DNA of 64,000 nucleotides from assembly GCA_965220965.1 (NCBI GenBank), contig OZ244852.1, positions 2,400,001-2,464,000 of the forward strand, in the 5' to 3' direction. The notes under the pieces are model-generated. The model was given only the letters and a program-made list of their open reading frames with translations, did no database searches and was not told the origin of the DNA. This DNA is from Candidatus Marinacidobacterium sp. (GTDB taxonomy: Bacteria; Acidobacteriota; Vicinamibacteria; Marinacidobacterales; Marinacidobacteraceae). A program made the translations under genes and the position numbers. Shown here piece after piece: positions 34,201 through 42,679 of the stretch; positions within the stretch are counted from its first letter, which is position 1, and each line of letters begins with the position of its first letter.

Positions 34201-35526
34201 TCAGTCGCCGTAGCCTACCGTCGAGCGGGCGAATTCCTTCACCTTCTCGGCGGTCCGGCGCTCTTCGACGATCTTCTCCCAGTCCACCGCAGGCTCCTTG
34301 ACCTCGGCGGTCGGCGGAAGGATGTACGGCGGCAGGTTGTACTCGTCCTTGAACATCTGGGTCCGGACGTGCCCGGTGGCGTACTCGGCGTTCTCTCCGC
34401 TCATGAGGTAGGTCAGGGTGGGGACCAGATCCCGCCGCTGCACCCGCTCGGTCACGGTGTGGCCCTTCTTGAAGTCGGGCCCGAGCGCCATGAACCACAC
34501 GTAGTGGGCGTAGTAGTTGCCCGGGCTGTGGCCAAGCTGCCCGTAGATGTTCACCTCGTCGTCGCGGCCGCACTCGGGGCGGATCACCAGCGCCGTCGTA
34601 TCCCGCAGGTACGGGTCAGCCTGGATCTCCCTCCACAGGTTGCCGATCAGCTCATCGGTGGTCTTGATGTGCTTGATGTACTCCCAGTAGTCCGTGTTGT
34701 AGTCCCAGAACCCGAAGTCGGCGTGAGCGTCGTCGAGCGCGAGGATCTGCGCGGTGATCGAACGCGGCTTGAACTCCTTGAGGATCTGCGGCACGAGCGT
34801 GAGCACCTGCGCGTCTCCGTAGGGGATCTCCCGGTTGATCACCGGCTCCTTGGTGGACGGCGGGATGTAGGACTTGCTCTCCAGCACGCTGGCGATGAAG
34901 TCCTCGACCTGCTTGCGCTGCTGCGGCGTGTGTCCGAGGCCCTTCTCGACGTTCAGGTCGACGATCTGGGCCGCGTTCAGCGGCTGCTCCGGATAGAAGA
35001 TCCGGTTCATGGTCAGGCTGGTCGAACCATCCTTGACCCCGTAGTCGGGATGCTGGCTGAAGTGCTTCACATCCCAGGTCCACGCCCGGTAGTAGGACGC
35101 GCCCTGCAGGGTCCAGTAGTCCGTCGCCGGTCCCCCGGTCTTGCTCCGGATGTACTCCGCCCAGGTGGGGTAGCGGGGCCGCTGCGCCGGAGCGTCGCGG
35201 CCGCACAGGACCTCGGTGTACATGTAGCCGTGGAGGTTCGCCGTCTCGCCGTAGTCCTCGGTGAAGACAGTGGCCTCCTCGGCCATCTTCGTCTGGTGGG
35301 GCGAGTGCTCGGGGTTCCCGATCACGTCGTTCTTGCGGGCGCCGTTGCCCAGAATGACGGTGACCAGGTGCTTCGTCTTGAAGCCCGGGTTCTCGGGAAG
35401 GACCATGCCGCCCTGCGGAATCCCGGCCCCCGCCTCGAAGATCGGGCTCCCGGCCGCGTTCCGGGTCGACAGCACCGCCCCGGCGCTCGCGGCGGCGCCC
35501 AGTTTGAAGAAGTCTCTGCGGTCCAT
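34201..35526 (-). CDS. Tat-exported protein, alkaline-phosphatase-superfamily-like fold
   Basis: MDRRDFFK signal; VTVILGNGAR, DDAH, TDELIGNLW, PECGRD, GH, ALGPDF, DLVPTL. Confidence 0.7.
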   Translation of the reverse strand: MDRRDFFKLGAAASAGAVLSTRNAAGSPIFEAGAGIPQGGMVLPENPGFKTKHLVTVILGNGARKNDVIGNPEHSPHQTKMAEEATVFTEDYGETANLHGYMYTEVLCGRDAPAQRPRYPTWAEYIRSKTGGPATDYWTLQGASYYRAWTWDVKHFSQHPDYGVKDGSTSLTMNRIFYPEQPLNAAQIVDLNVEKGLGHTPQQRKQVEDFIASVLESKSYIPPSTKEPVINREIPYGDAQVLTLVPQILKEFKPRSITAQILALDDAHADFGFWDYNTDYWEYIKHIKTTDELIGNLWREIQADPYLRDTTALVIRPECGRDDEVNIYGQLGHSPGNYYAHYVWFMALGPDFKKGHTVTERVQRRDLVPTLTYLMSGENAEYATGHVRTQMFKDEYNLPPYILPPTAEVKEPAVDWEKIVEERRTAEKVKEFARSTVGYGD

Positions 35527-37028
35527 CAGTTCAGACCCTCCTTGCCGCCGCTGGAGGCGGCCGCGGTTTCTTCATCCTCGTTGAAGAACAGAACCTTGAC
35601 TCCATCGATCTCGGGGTCGCGGTCCTCGTAGTAGGTGTAGAAGTTCATCGCGGCGTCGGAGATGCCGAGCCGGACGAGCTCCCACTCGCCCCACTCCATC
35701 GTGTCCGTCACGGTGAACGAGCCGGTCCAGATGTGGGGCTCCGGCAGCTTCGACGGCCGGTTCAGCGCGATGAAGCCGCCCATCTCGGGGGTCATGCTCT
35801 TGAGCTTGACCTTGACGGCGTCCGCGCCGTTCGGGGACCGGACATAGCCCTCGATGCCGTGGACGCCGGAGAGGTTGTCCTCGGCCAGCACGGTGATCCC
35901 CACCTGCTCGCCGAGCTTCGCCTCGGTCTTGGTGAACTGGACCGCGAGAACCTTCGCCGGGGTCTGGTCCACCATCTCCGTCTCCTGATCCACGTGGACG
36001 GTGGCGGCTTCCATCATCTTTTCCGTCCGGTTGAAGTAGTAGCGGATGTTCGTCGCGTGGTCCTTGAGGGTGACGCGCATCATCTGCCACTCGCCGCCCT
36101 CGTACCACTGCGGGATCTGGAGCGCGCCGCGGAAGTGTCCGGGCTTGCCGCCGATCATCACCATGGTCGAGCGGATCTGGTGGTAGCCGGAGGGCGATAC
36201 CCAGATGGTCTCGGCCTCCGTCGGCCCCGAGACATCGTCCTCCGCGACGACCTCGTACCGGATCAGCCCGCCGCCCGCGCGGACCCGTTCCGTCTCAACC
36301 GAGACCGACTTGAGCGTTGGCGCGTTGATGTCGGTGTGCGGGCCCTCGGAGACCTGGAAGCCGATCGGGGTCCCGTCCTCTTCCTGCATCGGCTTGTGGA
36401 AGTCCGCCCAGTAGGCCTTCCGGTCGCCGACCCGGTCGGCGATGATCGTTGTGCCAACGACGTAGCGGCCCGGCGCCGCGTAGCGGGACAGCTTGCCCCG
36501 TCCAAGGAACAGCGTCTCATCGGAGTCGTGCGGCTGGAAGTTGATGTACATCGTCGCCGCCCGGCCCAGTTCCCGGTTGTAGAACAGGGAGACGAAGGAC
36601 TGCGCCTTGTTGTAGGGCGACACGACGCGCGCGATGGCCCGGACCTCCTCGCCCGGCGCCACCGACTGGGTCAGAACGCGCATCTCGGTGAGGATCGGGG
36701 GAAGCTGGTTCCCGGTGAGGTCCACTTCCCGGAGCTGCTGGTCCCGGCGCCGGTACTGGTACTGCTCGGGGACCCGCAGGGAGGGATCGAGCGCCCAGCC
36801 GCCGTCGTTGTGGCCGCTGGAGCTGATCACGCCGAACTCGTTCAGCACCTCGTGCGGGGCCAGCAGCGGGTGGCGCTCGCCCTCGGCCGCCCTCGTCTGG
36901 GGCGCCGCCTCCTCGGTGGCCTCCTGGCCCTCTTCCTGCGCCACCGCGAAGCCCGCGGACAACAGGAGCGCCGCGGCCAGCGTGACCCACGGCGACGAGC
37001 CTCGTTTGGAGCTGTTGAGCAACAGCAT
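35526..37028 (-). CDS. Secreted protein with three tandem beta-rich (Ig-like) repeats
   Basis: Sec signal ending AVA; repeats with P.L..V.V...GE, AED..SG, GEW...D...N..YY. Confidence 0.75.
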   Translation of the reverse strand: MLLLNSSKRGSSPWVTLAAALLLSAGFAVAQEEGQEATEEAAPQTRAAEGERHPLLAPHEVLNEFGVISSSGHNDGGWALDPSLRVPEQYQYRRRDQQLREVDLTGNQLPPILTEMRVLTQSVAPGEEVRAIARVVSPYNKAQSFVSLFYNRELGRAATMYINFQPHDSDETLFLGRGKLSRYAAPGRYVVGTTIIADRVGDRKAYWADFHKPMQEEDGTPIGFQVSEGPHTDINAPTLKSVSVETERVRAGGGLIRYEVVAEDDVSGPTEAETIWVSPSGYHQIRSTMVMIGGKPGHFRGALQIPQWYEGGEWQMMRVTLKDHATNIRYYFNRTEKMMEAATVHVDQETEMVDQTPAKVLAVQFTKTEAKLGEQVGITVLAEDNLSGVHGIEGYVRSPNGADAVKVKLKSMTPEMGGFIALNRPSKLPEPHIWTGSFTVTDTMEWGEWELVRLGISDAAMNFYTYYEDRDPEIDGVKVLFFNEDEETAAASSGGKEGLN

Positions 37029-37157
37029 GGGCGATGTCCTCCTCCGCCCGGAAGGACCCGGCGAGGGGCAGGAAACCCCACGCTCGACCGGCCCTTACGG
37101 GAGAAAGGTTTGTACCGCCCCGGAGGCCGTCATGTCAAACGGGACAAGGGCGCAAGG

Positions 37158-38582
37158 TCACGCCCTGGCGGAGGGCTCCCCCTGGCCCACATCCCGGATC
37201 ATGAGGGCGACCCGCCGGAGCGACGGACTCAGCCCGGCGCGCTCCGCCAACCGTCTCAGATCCCACTGCGCGACGGTGCGCATGTCGAGCCGCATCTGGC
37301 CCTCGAGCTCGTCGAAGACGGCCCGATAGTCGCGCACCGCGCCGCTCTCGTCCCCGGCGGCGAGCCGGGCCGCCGCGAGCAGCAGCTTCTGGCGCGCGGA
37401 CCCGGTGGGGTCCTTCCCGACAGCCTCCTCGAACAGGCCGACGGCTTCTTGGTGCCGCCCCTGGAGGTAGACCGCGTTCGCCAGGTTGTAGCGCCCGAAG
37501 ACGAAATCGGGGGCGAGCTCCAGGGACCGCCGGAACGCGGCCTCCGCTTCGGGAAGCCGGTCGAGCTCCCGTAGGGTGACGCCCAGGTTCGAGGCCAGCG
37601 AGTGGCTCAGCGGGTCCAGTTCCGCCGCCCGCTCCAGCGGCGCGAGGGCGTCCCCCGGACGCTCCAGTTCGCCGAGCGACGCGCCCATGTTGGCCCAGGC
37701 CGGGCCGAAGGCGGGCAGCGCCGCGGTCGCACGGGTGAAGGAGCCGAGCGCCGCCTCGAGGTCATCCAGCACGATCATCGTCTTGCCGAGTTCGAAGTGG
37801 GCCGCGGCGAAGGCGGAGTCGCGCTCGATGGATTCGCGGAAGGCGTTCGCAGCCTCCGCCGGCTTGCGCCGCTCGGCGAGCGAGCAACCGAGCAGCAGGT
37901 GCGCCACCGGGTTCTCCGGATCCGCGCGGACGCCGGCCTCGGCGGCCTTTGCCCGGACGACCACATCGGGCGCGTGGAGCGCGACCCTCAGGACGGCGCG
38001 CGCATCTGAGGCGGCGGCGAGTTCAAGCGCCCCCGGCCCGGAATCGGCCGCCGGCGCCGACGGTGGGTCCGGCGGCCGGACGACTTCGAACTGGCAGGCG
38101 GCGCCCCGACCCTGAAGCAGGTCCACCGCCCGCCGCACGACCTCCCCCTCCTCCGCCGACGCCGCCAGGTCGCGCTCGCCGGCGCCCAGATGCGTCAGCC
38201 GGGCCAGCACATAGGCGGGCGTCGCCACCGCCGGGGCTGGCGGGACCTCGCCCGGCCCCTTCGACCGCCGGATCGGCTGCCGGCAGGGAAAGGCGAGATG
38301 GAGGTCGGGGACGAAGAGGACGCCAGCCTCCTCGGGCAAGGGCTCCAATTCGTGGAGCAGCAGCGGCAGATCGACCGCCGGCGGCGCCCCGAACACCGCG
38401 CCATCCGAGGTCCCGGCCGCCGCTTCGGCGGCCTCCCGCGCGGCGTCCCCATGCCGGCTCAGGAAGAGCCGCCAGCGGCGCCCTTCCGACGGCGCCCGGT
38501 GGGCCGGCCACCCGCCGTTCCAGGCGTCGCTGGCGGCCGGCGGCGCCGCCGTCAGACCGGCGCGCTCAACCCGCTCCCACAT
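37158..38582 (-). CDS. Tetratricopeptide repeat protein
   Basis: Several TPR units (AHLLLG, AHFELG, AWANMG, SNLG, YNLA); start MWERV inferred. Confidence 0.78.
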   Translation of the reverse strand: MWERVERAGLTAAPPAASDAWNGGWPAHRAPSEGRRWRLFLSRHGDAAREAAEAAAGTSDGAVFGAPPAVDLPLLLHELEPLPEEAGVLFVPDLHLAFPCRQPIRRSKGPGEVPPAPAVATPAYVLARLTHLGAGERDLAASAEEGEVVRRAVDLLQGRGAACQFEVVRPPDPPSAPAADSGPGALELAAASDARAVLRVALHAPDVVVRAKAAEAGVRADPENPVAHLLLGCSLAERRKPAEAANAFRESIERDSAFAAAHFELGKTMIVLDDLEAALGSFTRATAALPAFGPAWANMGASLGELERPGDALAPLERAAELDPLSHSLASNLGVTLRELDRLPEAEAAFRRSLELAPDFVFGRYNLANAVYLQGRHQEAVGLFEEAVGKDPTGSARQKLLLAAARLAAGDESGAVRDYRAVFDELEGQMRLDMRTVAQWDLRRLAERAGLSPSLRRVALMIRDVGQGEPSARA

Positions 38583-38630
38583 GCCAGCGCCGAATTCTAA
38601 GGAAGGCGCGCGTATCCTTCGGTTCACGCC

Positions 38631-39290
38631 ATGACGAACACGCTCCACCGCTACGGCGCTCCGGAGACGCTGACGGACGACTACATCGTGTTTGCGATGG
38701 CGGCCAGGGGGATCAACGACGAGGGCTCCCCGGAGAAACTGCGCCGGTTCACCGACATCGCGCTGCGGCACGGACCGATCAATCTGGGCGACGCCACCCG
38801 GGGCGGGATCTTCCGGTCCTCGAGACTGAACCCGCTCGCGCACTGGCGCCGGCGGAAGCGGCTCCCGAAGAAGGCGATCCGCGAAGGCGTCAATGCGCCC
38901 ACCGTCGTGTCCGCCGTCTTCGACCGGGAAGAGAACCTGGTCGCGTTCCTCTCCGACCTCCGCGAGGCGGATCTCGGACTCTCGATCAACGTCAGCGGCC
39001 TCCTGGACCGCGCCGACGACCTCGCCCGCGAGGCCGGGATCACCCGGCACAGCATCGAATACTCGTTGGGCTTCTTCGGCAACCTGGACCGCCTTCCCGA
39101 CCGGGCGACGCTGACGCTCTCCACGATGTGCGGCCACGGGATGCTCTCGTTCGGCTTCGCCCGAAAGATGCTCGACTGGGTGCGCACCGGGCGGCGGGGG
39201 CCCGACGAGTGCGCCGAGGCGATGGCGCGTTTCTGCTCCTGCGGGGTGTTCAACACGACCCGCGCCCGCCGCATCCTGCGCGGGGGCTAA
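38631..39290 (+). CDS. Hypothetical protein with C-terminal Cys motifs
   Basis: MTNTLHRYG; TMCGHGM and CSCGVFN; codon usage like its neighbours. Confidence 0.8.
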   Translation: MTNTLHRYGAPETLTDDYIVFAMAARGINDEGSPEKLRRFTDIALRHGPINLGDATRGGIFRSSRLNPLAHWRRRKRLPKKAIREGVNAPTVVSAVFDREENLVAFLSDLREADLGLSINVSGLLDRADDLAREAGITRHSIEYSLGFFGNLDRLPDRATLTLSTMCGHGMLSFGFARKMLDWVRTGRRGPDECAEAMARFCSCGVFNTTRARRILRGG

Positions 39291-39298
39291 GGCTCAGC

Positions 39299-39715
39299 GT
39301 GCCCCAGGCAAAACAGTCCCCCGGGGAGTCCGGCCCGCCCGAGGCGCATGCGGAACTGGTCCGGATCGCGCGGATCATCAACTGGGACTACACCTACGAC
39401 CCGAACGAACTCGCGGAAGTTCTCGCCGGCCGGCGCGAGCGCGTGGGTCACTTCGACCGGGAAGCGCTCTTCGCGCGGATGCTCGCGACCTTTCCGTGGC
39501 ATCGCATCGTGGGAGCGCTCGGCATCGAGGAGGTCGAGGCGCTTCTCACGCCAGAGGCCATCGCCCGCCTCTGGCCGCCTTCCCTGAGAGAGCACTATGC
39601 AAGGGTCCGAGGCCTATTACGAGGAGATCCTGTACCCCCTGCAGACTGGAGTGCTGAGAGCGCTCGCCGACTGCGGGACACCGTTCTATCTGACCGGTGG
39701 TACAGCGCTCCATAG
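39299..39715 (+). CDS. Putative antitoxin partner of the AbiEii toxin
   Basis: NWDY...LFARML...W helical protein at the 3' end of the 37949 ORF; start GTG 39299 inferred. Confidence 0.65.
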   Translation: MPQAKQSPGESGPPEAHAELVRIARIINWDYTYDPNELAEVLAGRRERVGHFDREALFARMLATFPWHRIVGALGIEEVEALLTPEAIARLWPPSLREHYARVRGLLRGDPVPPADWSAESARRLRDTVLSDRWYSAP

Positions 39716-40283
39716 GCACTACTTCGACGACCGCTACTCTGACGATCTCGATCTCTTCGTGAATCGGGATCCCGCTTTCGGGAGTCTCGTGAGAAGGGCG
39801 GTCGCCGGGCTGCGGAGCGCAGGTCACCACCCCGATGCAACAGCCGGGCTGGCCCGATCCGATCACGCCAGGGTGGTCATCACGACGCCCGAGGCCTCGT
39901 TGACCGTGGACTTCGTCAACGACGCGGCGGTCCGCTTTGGGGACTTCGTATCCGGAACGCTCTTCCCCCGAATCGACAGTCTGCGCAACATCCTCTCGAA
40001 CAAGATCACCGCGCTGTCCCGCCTCGAGCCCAAGGATGTCGCCGATGTGTGGACGCTGGCCCGACACCTCACGTTCGACTGGCGGGAGCTCATCGAGGAG
40101 GCCGGGGAAAAGGAGCTGGGGTTCGCCGCCGAGAGCGTGGGTGACCTGATCCGCTCGTTCCCGCCCTCCATGTTCGGGTTGATTCGCTGGCGGCGGACGC
40201 CGGACCGCGAGCGGTTCTTCGAGGATCTCAACGCCATCGCTTCGGATCTGATCCGGCTGCGTAAGAACTCTCTGTGTTCCTGA
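39597..40283 (+). CDS. AbiEii/AbiGii nucleotidyltransferase toxin
   Basis: FYLTGGTAL...RYSDDLDLF, NKITAL, KDVADVW. Confidence 0.9.
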   Translation: MQGSEAYYEEILYPLQTGVLRALADCGTPFYLTGGTALHRHYFDDRYSDDLDLFVNRDPAFGSLVRRAVAGLRSAGHHPDATAGLARSDHARVVITTPEASLTVDFVNDAAVRFGDFVSGTLFPRIDSLRNILSNKITALSRLEPKDVADVWTLARHLTFDWRELIEEAGEKELGFAAESVGDLIRSFPPSMFGLIRWRRTPDRERFFEDLNAIASDLIRLRKNSLCS

Positions 40284-40392
40284 GAGGCTCCGGCGCTTCG
40301 TCCTGGCCGCGCACGAACCGCTGACGAACCGACTCGAGGCGAAGTCGGCCCCTGCCGGCCGCCGCGCGCCCCTGGCGTCGGCGAGACCGTCT

Positions 40393-41187
40393 TCAGTTCG
40401 GCCGGCCGAGCCCCAGATTCGTCTTCCCGCGCCAGGCCGCCACTCCGGAGGCCGCGAGCAGATCCCCGAGGGGCTCCTCACCATCCGGCCCGCACCGCGT
40501 CGAGGCGCCCACCGAGATGATCGTGTCGGATTGGTCGGCGGCCTCCCGCACGGCGGTGAGGATGTCCGGGACCCGGTCCATCGCGACCTTGATCTCCACG
40601 ATGGCGGAGAGCACCCGCTCATCGAGCAGGTCCTCGCGGATGGCGCCGGTCGCGCTGTCCGCCATCAGCTTCGTGACCGGGTTGTTCGGCTCGAAGTAGA
40701 CGTCCAGGTCCGCGAGACGGCGGGTGACCCGGTCCATGTCGCGAAAGCTCGCGGTCACTCCCGGCCGCCCGAACTCGACGGTCATCCCGCACTCGCCCTC
40801 GGCGACGCGCCCGGTGACATCGTTCGTCTTGACCTCTTCGGTGCCCCGGCCGTGAACCCCGGTGGCCTCGTGGGAAACCAGCGGGTCACTGAAGGCGCGG
40901 CGCACGATGCGGGGCCAGCTCAGCTCCTGCGGCTGGATAGCCGATGTGGGGCAGACGTCCGGAGCGGGGTCGAACCTGAGGCGGAACCACGACAGGACGC
41001 GCCGGAACCCCCGCACCAGCGTCGGGTTCAGACGCTCGGTGCTGAGCCCGCGATAGCAGGAGAAGCACTCCACGCACTGGTCCTGGTCCACCGCGGCGCG
41101 CCCGTCGGCGCCGATCGAGATGGCCGAGACCGGACAGACCGCCACGCAGTTCCCGCAGCCCACACAGAGGCTCTTCGAGATCTGCAC
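40393..41187 (-). CDS. 2x[4Fe-4S] ferredoxin-domain protein with uncharacterised C-terminal domain
   Basis: CVGCGNCVAVCP and CVECFSC...CP; GRGTEEVKTNDVTGR. Confidence 0.85.
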   Translation of the reverse strand: MQISKSLCVGCGNCVAVCPVSAISIGADGRAAVDQDQCVECFSCYRGLSTERLNPTLVRGFRRVLSWFRLRFDPAPDVCPTSAIQPQELSWPRIVRRAFSDPLVSHEATGVHGRGTEEVKTNDVTGRVAEGECGMTVEFGRPGVTASFRDMDRVTRRLADLDVYFEPNNPVTKLMADSATGAIREDLLDERVLSAIVEIKVAMDRVPDILTAVREAADQSDTIISVGASTRCGPDGEEPLGDLLAASGVAAWRGKTNLGLGRPN

Positions 41188-41194
41188 TTCGGCG

Positions 41195-42547
41195 TCAGGA
41201 GTCTCCCCCGGCCCCTCCCTCTCCGCCGACGGTCTCGAGCGTGTACTCCCCGAGGTGGTGGATCACCTCTTCGCCCATGAGATATCGCAGCGTGTTCGTC
41301 AGCTTCTTCCGCTGAATGAACAGGTCGTGTTCGGGGTACACGCCGGGCGGCGTCATCGGGCTCTTGAAGTAGAAGGAGAGCCACTCCTGGACGCCGCGGA
41401 GGCCGGCGCGCCCGGCGAGGTCGAGGAACAGCGCGAGGTCGAGCACCAGCGGCGCGGCGAGGATCGAGTCCCGGCAGAGGAAGTCCACCTTGATCTGCAT
41501 CTCGTATCCGAGCCAGCCGAAGATGTCGATGTTGTCCCACCCCTCCTTGTTGTCGCGCCGGGGCGGGTAATAGTTGATCCGCACCTTGTGGTAGAGGTCA
41601 CGGTAGAGGTCGGGATACGTGTCGGGCTGGAGGATGTAGTCGAGAGCGCCGAGCTTGCTCTCCTCCTTGGTCCGGAACGACCCGGGGTCGTCCAGCACCT
41701 CGCCGTCGCGGTTCCCCAGGATGTTCGTCGAGAACCAGCCGCTCAGCCCCAGCATCCGCGCCTTCAGCCCGGGCGCCAGGATCGTCTTCATCAGGGTCTG
41801 CCCCGTCTTGAAGTCCTTGCCGCCTACGGGTGACCCCGTCCGGGAAGCGAGCTCGCGGAGCGCCGGGATGTCAGCGCTCAGATTCGGGGCCCCGTTCGCA
41901 TAGGGAATCCCGCATCGAAGCGCCGCATAGGCGTAGATCATGCTGGGCGCGATGTCCGGCGAGTTGTCGCGGAGCCCCTGTTCGAAACTCTCGAGGTCGG
42001 CGTGGGTCGCTGTCTCCTCGAGGAAGGTCTCGGTCGAGCCGCACCAGATCATGACCGCCCGCTTCGCACCCGAGGCCGCGCGCGAGCGCTCGATGTCTTC
42101 GATGAGCTGGTCGGCGAGGTCCATCTTGGTGGCCCCCGTCTTCACGAACGGACCGTCAAGCTTCTTGACGTAGTCCCGGTGAAAGACCGCCGGCATGGGA
42201 CGCACCGCCTGGAGTTCGTCCTTCACCTGATCGAGGAGCGAGGGCTCCAGAACGCCCGCCTTTCTGGCGGCGGTCCAGGCGTCGTCCTCGAACACGTCCC
42301 ACGCCGCGAACGACAGGTCGTCCATGGACGCGAGCGGCGCGAAGTCGCGGATCAGGGGTGTCCGGGCCTCGGTTCGCTTGCCCAGACGGATCGTCCCCAT
42401 CTGGGTCACGGACCCGATCGGCGCCGCCAGCCCCCGGCGAATGGCCTGGGCCCCGGCGATGAAGGTGGTGCTGACCGCCCCGAGGCCGGGCAACAGCACG
42501 AGCAGTCCGCCATCCGCGGGCTGCACCTGGAACCGTTCGTTCGGCAT
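41195..42547 (-). CDS. ino1: myo-inositol-1-phosphate synthase
   Basis: GLGAVSTT, GKDFKTGQT, NILGNRDG, DSILAAPLVLDL, LSFYFKSP. Confidence 0.95.
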   Translation of the reverse strand: MPNERFQVQPADGGLLVLLPGLGAVSTTFIAGAQAIRRGLAAPIGSVTQMGTIRLGKRTEARTPLIRDFAPLASMDDLSFAAWDVFEDDAWTAARKAGVLEPSLLDQVKDELQAVRPMPAVFHRDYVKKLDGPFVKTGATKMDLADQLIEDIERSRAASGAKRAVMIWCGSTETFLEETATHADLESFEQGLRDNSPDIAPSMIYAYAALRCGIPYANGAPNLSADIPALRELASRTGSPVGGKDFKTGQTLMKTILAPGLKARMLGLSGWFSTNILGNRDGEVLDDPGSFRTKEESKLGALDYILQPDTYPDLYRDLYHKVRINYYPPRRDNKEGWDNIDIFGWLGYEMQIKVDFLCRDSILAAPLVLDLALFLDLAGRAGLRGVQEWLSFYFKSPMTPPGVYPEHDLFIQRKKLTNTLRYLMGEEVIHHLGEYTLETVGGEGGAGGDS

Positions 42548-42679
42548 GTGGGGCGGGAGTCTAAACGGCGGCCGGGCCCTGGACGCCGCGGTCCCGCCCC
42601 ACTTCCCGGGGAGTCTCCGGCCGGGCCCCGGAGTATCCTCCCGGAACCGCTCCCGGGCCGCCTGGGGGCGGCGCTCCCG

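Noticed and set aside
37158-39137. 659-aa version of the TPR protein
   Set aside because: The upstream part is antisense to the 38631 gene; divergent -10-like hexamers support a start at 38582
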